NCBI GenBank assembly: GCA_038231455.1
Contig: JBBRLI010000025.1
Location: 1-42,426 of the forward strand
Direction of reading: 5' to 3'
Length of the DNA stretch: 42,426 nt
Source of the DNA: Vulcanimicrobiales bacterium
Lineage (GTDB): Bacteria > Vulcanimicrobiota > Vulcanimicrobiia > Vulcanimicrobiales > Vulcanimicrobiaceae
The notes beneath the pieces are model-generated. The model searched no databases. It was not told where the DNA came from and saw only the letters and a list, made by a program, of their open reading frames with translations. Shown here in pieces: positions 35,621-42,426 of this stretch (position 1 is its first letter; each line of letters opens with the position of its first letter). The position numbers and the translations under genes are program-made.

Positions 35621-37534
35621 GTGGCCACCACCCTACCCGCACAGAGCACCCCCCGTCGACGCTCCAAAACGGCCTTTAGCGCTTTAGCGCTCGGGGCACT
35701 CGGCGTGGTTTTCGGGGACATCGGAACCAGCCCGCTCTACGCGTTCAAGCAGTGCTTTTTGGATACGCATCTGCCGGCGCAGCACGAGTACGTGCTCGGC
35801 ATCTGCTCGCTTATTCTGTGGGCGCTGATTTTGGTCGTGTGCATCAAATACGTCACGTTCGTCATGCGCGTCGATCACGACGGCGAAGGCGGCATTCTCG
35901 CGCTGCTCGCGCTGCTGTTGCCCGAAGGCCGACGCGGCATCCCGGCCAAGCCCGGCATCATCACGCTGGTGATTCTCGTGGGCGCAGCGTTGCTCTTTGG
36001 CGATGGCATCATCACGCCCGCGGTCTCAGTGATCTCGGCGGTCGAAGGTCTCAACGTCGCGACGAGTGCGGCGCAGAATTACGTCGTGCCGATCACCGTC
36101 GCGATCTTACTCGGCCTGTTTTTGATTCAGTCGCGCGGGACCGGGAAAATCGGCACGTTTTTCGGACCGATCATGCTTGTCTGGTTCATCGCGATCGGTG
36201 TCGCCGGCGCGATCCCGATCTTCCAACATCCCGAAGTGCTCGCCGCGATCAATCCCGTGCACGCCCTCCGCTTTTTGTTCATGGGCCACTGGATCGGTTT
36301 CATTGTGCTCGGAGCGGTCGTGCTCTGCGTAACGGGCGTCGAGGCGCTCTACGCTGATCTCTCACACTTCGGACGCAAACCCATTACGCTCGTGTGGTAC
36401 GCCGTCGTGCTCCCGTGTCTTACGCTGAGTTATTTAGGTCAAGGCGCCTACGTTCTGGCGAACCCCAAGGGACTTGATTCGCCGTTTTTCGCGCTCGTGC
36501 CGGCTTGGGCGCTCATTCCGATGGTCGGCCTTGCGACCCTGGCAACGGTGATCGCCTCGCAGGCGCTCATCTCCGGTGCCTTTACCCTCTCGGAACAGGC
36601 GATTGCGCTCAATCTCGCGCCGCGCATGAACGTCATTCACACCTCGGCGATGGAAGAAGGCCAGGTCTTCGTTCCCGCCGTCAACATCGCGCTTGCGATC
36701 GGCACGATTCTGCTCGTGATCGGATTCAAGAGTTCGGATCATCTCGCCGCGGCCTACGGTCTTGCCGTTGCGGGCACGATGTTCGTGACGTCGATTGCGT
36801 ATCTGAACGTGGTCCGGCGCGTGCGCCACTGGAGTCTTGCACGCGCGATTCCGCTCGTTGCGTTCTTTCTGATCATGGACAGCGCGTTCGTGCTCGCGTG
36901 TTTGCCGAAGATCGCCGCCGGCGGTTGGGTACCGCTTGCCATCGGTGCCGTGCTGTTCATTACGTCGATTACGTGGGTCGACGGACGCCGGCACATCGCC
37001 CAGCGACTCGCCGAGGCAGCGATGCCGGTCCCGGAATTCATTGAAGATGTGAAAAACCGCGTCGACACGCGCATCGACGGCACCGCCGTCTTTCTCACGG
37101 GCGACCCGTCGGGCGTGCCGTTCGTGCTGCATCACACGTGGCTGCGCACGCGCTCGCTGCACGAACGCATCGTCCTGATGACCGCGATACGCGTCAATTC
37201 ACCGCGTGTCGATGAAGCGGAACGTGTGACGATCGAGCAGCTTGCAACGAATCTCGTGCGCGTGACAGCGAAAGTCGGCTTCATGGAGCAGCCGGACATC
37301 AACCCGATCGTGCGCGCGTGCTCGACTGAGGGGCTGCACTTGGGCGATGAGAACACGACGTGGTTCGTCGCCGATCCCAAAGTGCTCGAAGCCGCTTCGA
37401 CGGACGAGGATGCGATGCAGAAGTGGAAACGCGGATACTTTGCGTTCTTGCTACGCAACGCGCGCCCGCTTACCGATGATTTATGTTTACCGGCGAATCA
37501 GACCGTCGAAATCCGCGTCGAAACGCGGATGTGA
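35621..37534 (+). CDS. kup: KUP/HAK/KT potassium transporter
   Basis: LGVVFGDIGTSPLY, GEGGILAL, GDGIITPAVSV, GVEALYADLSHFG, IASQALISG; GTG start at 35621. Confidence 0.96.
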   Translation: MATTLPAQSTPRRRSKTAFSALALGALGVVFGDIGTSPLYAFKQCFLDTHLPAQHEYVLGICSLILWALILVVCIKYVTFVMRVDHDGEGGILALLALLLPEGRRGIPAKPGIITLVILVGAALLFGDGIITPAVSVISAVEGLNVATSAAQNYVVPITVAILLGLFLIQSRGTGKIGTFFGPIMLVWFIAIGVAGAIPIFQHPEVLAAINPVHALRFLFMGHWIGFIVLGAVVLCVTGVEALYADLSHFGRKPITLVWYAVVLPCLTLSYLGQGAYVLANPKGLDSPFFALVPAWALIPMVGLATLATVIASQALISGAFTLSEQAIALNLAPRMNVIHTSAMEEGQVFVPAVNIALAIGTILLVIGFKSSDHLAAAYGLAVAGTMFVTSIAYLNVVRRVRHWSLARAIPLVAFFLIMDSAFVLACLPKIAAGGWVPLAIGAVLFITSITWVDGRRHIAQRLAEAAMPVPEFIEDVKNRVDTRIDGTAVFLTGDPSGVPFVLHHTWLRTRSLHERIVLMTAIRVNSPRVDEAERVTIEQLATNLVRVTAKVGFMEQPDINPIVRACSTEGLHLGDENTTWFVADPKVLEAASTDEDAMQKWKRGYFAFLLRNARPLTDDLCLPANQTVEIRVETRM

Positions 37535-38278
37535 TCAGCGCAGCTCGCGCTTGAAAAACGCGAGCATCTGTTCCATTGCGGCGTCCGCTGCAACACCGCC
37601 GGTAAAGTCGAAGCCGTGATCTTTTCCGCGAAAGCCGAAGATCGAAGCTCGCGCGCCGAGCGAATGGGCCATACGCACGATCTCTTGTCCCTCGGAATAG
37701 GGGACGGTCTTGTCGTCTTCACCGTGGATGACGAGGATCGGCGGTAGCCGGTAAATCACATCGCCCGTTGGATAGCTCCCGTAGAACACCGTCACCGCTT
37801 AAACGCGGTTGTTGGACCCTGCCATCGACAGCGCGACTTGACCGCCGAGAGAAAAGCCAAGTAATCCGATCGAACCCGAGGCGTGCGGGGAGTTTTTCGC
37901 TTCGTAGACGACGCGTCCGATCCGCGATCGCCACAGCATGCGAATTGCTTGTTCGCGCTCGGGGTTCGCGTGGACCCAGTCTTTTGAGTGCGGGCTGAAA
38001 TACGACACGAGGTACGCATCGAAGCCGTGCGATGCGAGCGACGTTGCGTAGCGGACGTACGCCGCCGCAAACGGTTCGATACCCGAAGCGCCGTGGAGAA
38101 CGATCACCGCCGGTCGCGGTTTTGCTCCGGGAGCCCGATACACGTCGGCCGCAATGGGGCCGTCGACCGGGGCCAGCGTCAGTGGTCGTGCCTGAATCGT
38201 CGCGGCCGACGTCGATGTCGGGAGCGTTGCCAGGACCAAAGCGAATGCGAAGCACGCGAAATTCGCGCGCGCGGTCAT
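37535..38278 (-). pseudogene. Dienelactone hydrolase-family alpha/beta hydrolase split by an in-frame TAA
   Basis: The two ORFs are in the same frame and read ...NNRV*AVTVFYG...; GFSLGG (Ser) lies before the stop, HGEDD (Asp) and DHGF (His) after it. Confidence 0.85.
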
Positions 38279-39756
38279 ACGTCGATGGTGTCCGGAGTCG
38301 GCGTTAACGTTGCCGGATCCGATTTGCGGAAGCCGTACGCGAAGTACACCACAAGACCGACGGCAAGCCAGATCAGGAACGAGATGAACGTCAGCGCGCC
38401 CAGTCCCAAAAGCGCGAGTCCAAGCGAAAGAATGATCCCAAGTGAGGCGGTGACCCAGGGTAGCGGCGCTTGGAACGAGCGCGGAATCTCCGGGCGCCGG
38501 TAACGCAGCCAGAGTACGCCCGCGCAGACCACGATGAATGCGCTCATCGTCCCGATGTTGACGAGTGAGAGTAAGAGATCGAGCGGGACGATCAGCGTCA
38601 GGAAAGCAACGAAGAGTCCCGTGATGACCGACATTTTTGCGGGCGTGCGGAACTTCGGGTGAATCTCTGCGACCCAGCGCGGCAACATCCGGTCACGCGA
38701 CATCGCGTAAAAAATGCGTGACTGCCCGATTAAACTCACGAGAGCAACGCTTGAGGTTCCGGCTAGCACGCCGATGCGGATCGCCCAATTCGCAAAAATG
38801 TTGTGGAGCGGCGCGATCGCTTGTTGGAGCGGCGTATCTTGGCTGACTTGCTTCCACGGTACCGCACCCACGAGCACGATTGCGACGGCACAGTAGATCA
38901 CCGTGCCGATGACGAGCGATCCGATGACGCCGAGCGGCACATCGCGTTTGGGATTCACGCACTCTTCGGCCGTGGTCGTTGCCGTATCGAATCCGATGTA
39001 CGTGAAGAAGACCAAGCCCGCGGCGCCGATAATACCCGTTGGGATGCCGTCGGCGTCGAGTCCGCCGAGCCAGCCGACGGGATTGAACGGCTGAAGATTG
39101 TGCGCGTTGAAGAGCGTGACGCCGAAGCCGATGAAGATCGCGAGCGCGACGATCTTGACCACGACGAAAATGTTGTTGGTCGAAGCCGACTCGCGTATGC
39201 CGATGACGATGAGCGCGGTGAGCACGAGGACGAAGATCGCGCCGACGATGTCGATCTGCGAGTGCGCAAGATCGAACGACCATCCGTGATGGACGAGGAC
39301 GGCCTTTGCCATCCACGGTGGAAACGTAAAGCCGGTCAACGCGTTCAGGGCCTCTTGGAACGACTGTGAGAACTGCTGGGCGACGGGCGCAACGGAAATC
39401 GCGTACTCCAGCAGCAGATCCCAACCGATGATCCACGCTACGAGCTGCCCGAGCGTTGCATAGGCATACGTGTAGGCGCTGCCGGCATTCGGGACCATCG
39501 AACCGAGTTCGGCGTAGCAGAACGCCGCGCACAGCGATGCGAGGCCTGCAAGCATGAAGGCGATGATGATCGCGGGACCGGCTTTGTGCACGCCCGGCCC
39601 GATCGTCGTGAAAATGCCGCCGCCGATCATCGTCCCAAGGCCGATTGCGATGAGGTCGCGTCCGTGAAGAACGCGCTTGAGCCCGGTGTCGTCTTTGCGC
39701 GCGGCTCCTCCGACCGGCGTGGTGCGGAAGAGCCGGCCAAGGAAACTCGTTGCCAT
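38275..39756 (-). CDS. APC family amino acid permease (YfnA/CAT-like)
   Basis: IGLGTMIGGGIF, YAELGSMVP.AGSAYTYAY, FFTYIGFD, SRIFYAMSRD, HPKFRTP. Confidence 0.95.
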   Translation of the reverse strand: MATSFLGRLFRTTPVGGAARKDDTGLKRVLHGRDLIAIGLGTMIGGGIFTTIGPGVHKAGPAIIIAFMLAGLASLCAAFCYAELGSMVPNAGSAYTYAYATLGQLVAWIIGWDLLLEYAISVAPVAQQFSQSFQEALNALTGFTFPPWMAKAVLVHHGWSFDLAHSQIDIVGAIFVLVLTALIVIGIRESASTNNIFVVVKIVALAIFIGFGVTLFNAHNLQPFNPVGWLGGLDADGIPTGIIGAAGLVFFTYIGFDTATTTAEECVNPKRDVPLGVIGSLVIGTVIYCAVAIVLVGAVPWKQVSQDTPLQQAIAPLHNIFANWAIRIGVLAGTSSVALVSLIGQSRIFYAMSRDRMLPRWVAEIHPKFRTPAKMSVITGLFVAFLTLIVPLDLLLSLVNIGTMSAFIVVCAGVLWLRYRRPEIPRSFQAPLPWVTASLGIILSLGLALLGLGALTFISFLIWLAVGLVVYFAYGFRKSDPATLTPTPDTIDV

Positions 39757-39779
39757 GAAGCGCAGGGTTGCGACGCCTC

Positions 39780-40322
39780 ATGTCCGGATTCATCCGTCGC
39801 GCAAAGCGAACCGTCTACGAAAACCCCTGGATTCGCTTCGAGGCGTACGACATCGTGCACCCAAGCGGTCAGCCGGGCGAACACGGCCTCGTGTGGGCGC
39901 CGCCGGCGGTCGCCGTGGTCGCACTCGACGGCGAGGACGTCCTGCTCGCACGGCAGTGGCGCTTTGCGATCGACCGCGAAATCGTCGAAGTCGTCAAAGG
40001 CGGCGGCACGCCCGGCGAACCGCCGCTGCTGGGTGCGCAGCGCGAACTGCGTGAAGAACTCGGCTTTATCGCGAACCGCTGGGACGATCTGGGCATCGCC
40101 TACGAGTTACCGGCGATCGTGCAGCCGCCGGTCCAGCTCTTTCTTGCACGCGATTTGATTGCTGTTAGCCAGGAACAGCAGGCTGAAGAATCGATCGCGA
40201 CGGTCCGGATGCCGCTCGCGCGCGCGGTCACTGCCTGTGAGAGCGGCGAGATTGCGGACGCAATCACGGGCATTGCGCTCCTGCGAACCTTAGCTCGCCT
40301 GCGCGACTCCGCATTATCTTAA
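39780..40322 (+). CDS. NUDIX hydrolase (ADP-ribose pyrophosphatase-like)
   Basis: Nudix box GGGTPGEPPLLGAQRELREELG; RQWR motif; ATG 39780. Confidence 0.9.
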   Translation: MSGFIRRAKRTVYENPWIRFEAYDIVHPSGQPGEHGLVWAPPAVAVVALDGEDVLLARQWRFAIDREIVEVVKGGGTPGEPPLLGAQRELREELGFIANRWDDLGIAYELPAIVQPPVQLFLARDLIAVSQEQQAEESIATVRMPLARAVTACESGEIADAITGIALLRTLARLRDSALS

Positions 40323-40326
40323 GCCC

Positions 40327-41199
40327 TCAGCGTTGAATTGATTCGAAAAATGTCGCCGCCCGCTCGCCGACGGCATCGCCGTCAAGTCCAAATCCACTCT
40401 TGATGGTCGCATGAATCTTGTCGTTCGCTGGAATGATGGTGGCTTGCGAGCCGGCGGCTCGTAATTTCGTCGCCAGTTCTTCGGACTGCGCTCCCGAATC
40501 CGCGCGTTGAGCAACGTAAAAGATCAGAAACGGTGGATATTTCAAGCCCGGCTTGACCCACAAGGCGGGCGAGAGCGCAGCTTCCTGGCCACCTACGGCC
40601 TGGGCGTAGATCGTCGTTATGCGCGGGTCGCTTTGGCCGGACTTCTTTCGTGCCTTTGTGCCGTCGGTGAGGTCGTATGTGGCACCGTCCAGGAGGACCA
40701 CGCCAGCTAGATCAGACGGCTCCAATCCATAGGGCTTCAGAAACCCTGGATCGGTCGCAACGAGCGCAGCGAGATGAGCACCCGCTGAATGCCCGACGAC
40801 AAAAATGCGATTCGGATCCCCGCCGCTGGCTGCAGCAACCTCACGAACTTTCGCGATTGCGGCCGCTACATCCTGAGCGCATTCTTTCGCGGTTACCTCC
40901 GGCACCAATCGGTAATCGATCGATGCGAGGATCATCTTATGACGGCGGGCATATTCGGGCAGTTGATCGACATGCGTGCGATCGCCAATCGCCCATCCGC
41001 CGCCGTGGATGAAAATCAGGATGGGCGCGTTCGTCAACATCTTCTGTGGATAGACATCGAGGCGCTGATGGGCATCGGTACCGTAGCTGAATTCCATTGC
41101 GCCGGGGTTTAATCGTGCTGCGCCGATCAGAAATGCAAGTGCGGCAATTCCGATAATTATTCGCAATCGACTTAATCGACCTAATCGATTTTGATCCAT
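40327..41199 (-). CDS. Alpha/beta hydrolase (family IV/HSL-like carboxylesterase), N-terminal signal or anchor
   Basis: IHGGGW oxyanion motif, IDYRL, GHSAGAHL nucleophile elbow. Confidence 0.9.
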   Translation of the reverse strand: MDQNRLGRLSRLRIIIGIAALAFLIGAARLNPGAMEFSYGTDAHQRLDVYPQKMLTNAPILIFIHGGGWAIGDRTHVDQLPEYARRHKMILASIDYRLVPEVTAKECAQDVAAAIAKVREVAAASGGDPNRIFVVGHSAGAHLAALVATDPGFLKPYGLEPSDLAGVVLLDGATYDLTDGTKARKKSGQSDPRITTIYAQAVGGQEAALSPALWVKPGLKYPPFLIFYVAQRADSGAQSEELATKLRAAGSQATIIPANDKIHATIKSGFGLDGDAVGERAATFFESIQR

Positions 41200-41207
41200 A
41201 ACCCTTC

Positions 41208-42426
41208 CTACGTCAGATGAGCGGAAAAAAAATCGAGAACCCGGCGATCCATTCCAGCAGAGAATTCGTGAGCCGTGTAAGCGACATTGAGTTGACTTGT
41301 TATCTCCGTACCGAAGGCTGAAAATTGCGACGGAATAATCGGCGTGAAGTTTATCGTCGTGGGATCATTAATCTGATAATCTTTCGCGTCGAGAAGGTTT
41401 GCCGACTTGAGCGAATTATAAATCACTTGCGAATCTGCCGTGCCAATGCCCGGTATTTGCGTGAACCGGGTGGAATAGACAGCGCTTGGCGCTTCGATAC
41501 TGTAGGATGTCGGTATCATTCGCGCTGCGAGCGCATCAGAATTGGTCTTGGCTGAGGTATTGCGATTTGGATCTTGCACGACATCGTTTTGCGCCATTGT
41601 CCAGATGCCGGGTACAGTCGTCGCCTGCGCAATTTGCGTTGTTCCCGGCGCGCCGGACTGATGACTTGCTTTCCAATTTAGTAAAAATGCGAAACGTAAG
41701 GCTGCGCCGGCTCCATCAGAATGACCCGATCCAAAAACGGGAGTGGTCGACGGCATCAGACCTTGTGCGACGAACATTGCGATGAGCGTCTGGATATTTG
41801 CGACGTCGGGGTTCGCGGCGGGATTGCTTTGATTTACGGTTGCGTTCCACATCTTGTTCACGCGGTCGACACTGTCGAGCGAAGCAACCGCAAATCCCGA
41901 GGCAATGGCATCTCGCGCGAATTTCAGATTTTCAGTTTTTGTAAATTGTGGCCCGCCACTGCCGGTCGTTCCGTGGAACCGAAATATTAGTCCGCGCAGC
42001 CCCATCGAAGGAAAATGCCAGTATGCATTTACTGCGGCGGGATCACTCGCCGGGAGCCCGTTGAGCACTTTCGTATCGGGCGTGAAAGATGGAAGCGGCT
42101 TGTAGTTAGCGGTTACGGTACTAGTTGAAGCGATCTGCAGTGTGCCGCTCCGTCGCTCGCCCGAGGTTAACAAGAGTGCGGTAGCCCCAGTCCACTTATC
42201 GAATACCTGTCCCGAAGGGTCGGCGTTCGCGAACACGTCGAGCGTTGCAGCGGGGGTTTGCGATGCGGCTTGAATTCCACTCACAACGTTCAGTGTCGCA
42301 CCCGAATTTGGCGTCCCGCTGGGTGAGGGCACCGGAGTCGGCGACGGCGACGTACCCGGTAGGATCGGTTGGCTGGTCCCGCTGGTCCCGCTAGTCCCAC
42401 CGCCGCATGCGGTGAGCACGAAGCCG
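41208..42426 (-). CDS. Putative lipoprotein with alpha/beta hydrolase domain (5' end runs off the window)
   Basis: Lipobox-like VLTAC followed by a G/S/T/P linker, FHGTTGSG, GHSDGA (GxSxG) and a C-terminal AHEF histidine; frame is open to the window edge. Confidence 0.75.
   Translation of the reverse strand, partial: GFVLTACGGGTSGTSGTSQPILPGTSPSPTPVPSPSGTPNSGATLNVVSGIQAASQTPAATLDVFANADPSGQVFDKWTGATALLLTSGERRSGTLQIASTSTVTANYKPLPSFTPDTKVLNGLPASDPAAVNAYWHFPSMGLRGLIFRFHGTTGSGGPQFTKTENLKFARDAIASGFAVASLDSVDRVNKMWNATVNQSNPAANPDVANIQTLIAMFVAQGLMPSTTPVFGSGHSDGAGAALRFAFLLNWKASHQSGAPGTTQIAQATTVPGIWTMAQNDVVQDPNRNTSAKTNSDALAARMIPTSYSIEAPSAVYSTRFTQIPGIGTADSQVIYNSLKSANLLDAKDYQINDPTTINFTPIIPSQFSAFGTEITSQLNVAYTAHEFSAGMDRRVLDFFSAHLT

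Noticed and set aside
41164-41190. AATCGA repeated three times with a 9-nt period
   Set aside because: Lies in the coding sequence (RLG-RLS-RLR of the esterase N-terminus); too short for a CRISPR array or iteron.
42370-42400. 9-bp tandem repeat GTCCCGCTR
   Set aside because: Simply encodes the GTS-GTS-GTS lipoprotein linker.

Overview
A GC-rich bacterial chromosomal window with three zones. Gene content and protein style suggest a Terrabacteria lineage, possibly Eremiobacterota/WPS-2; this is inference only. (1) 1-21.7 kb is a flagellar filament and glycosylation island. On the + strand: fliC, three large glycosyltransferase-like genes, then flaG-fliD-fliS-fliT/flgN-like. Converging on the - strand: rfbB, rfbA, a sugar C-methyltransferase, rfbC, rfbF, a GT2, rfbG, an ExeA-type AAA+ ATPase, an unknown protein and a small GT. 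(2) 21.8-34.5 kb is the conserved rpsB-tsf-pyrH-frr-uppS-cdsA-dxr-rseP-ispG cluster, interrupted between cdsA and dxr by four genes (acyltransferase, SDR, FkbM methyltransferase, secreted amidohydrolase). (3) 34.5-42.4 kb holds a threonine aldolase, kup, a nonsense-disrupted hydrolase, an APC permease, a NUDIX hydrolase and two alpha/beta hydrolases. The main hidden signal is four sigma28/FliA-like promoter motifs (TAAR-N16-NCCGAWRN). They link the + strand GTs, flaG-fliD, the GT2-rfbG-ATPase operon and the cassette inside the housekeeping cluster into one candidate flagellar glycosylation regulon. No rRNA, tRNA, CRISPR array or transposase was seen.
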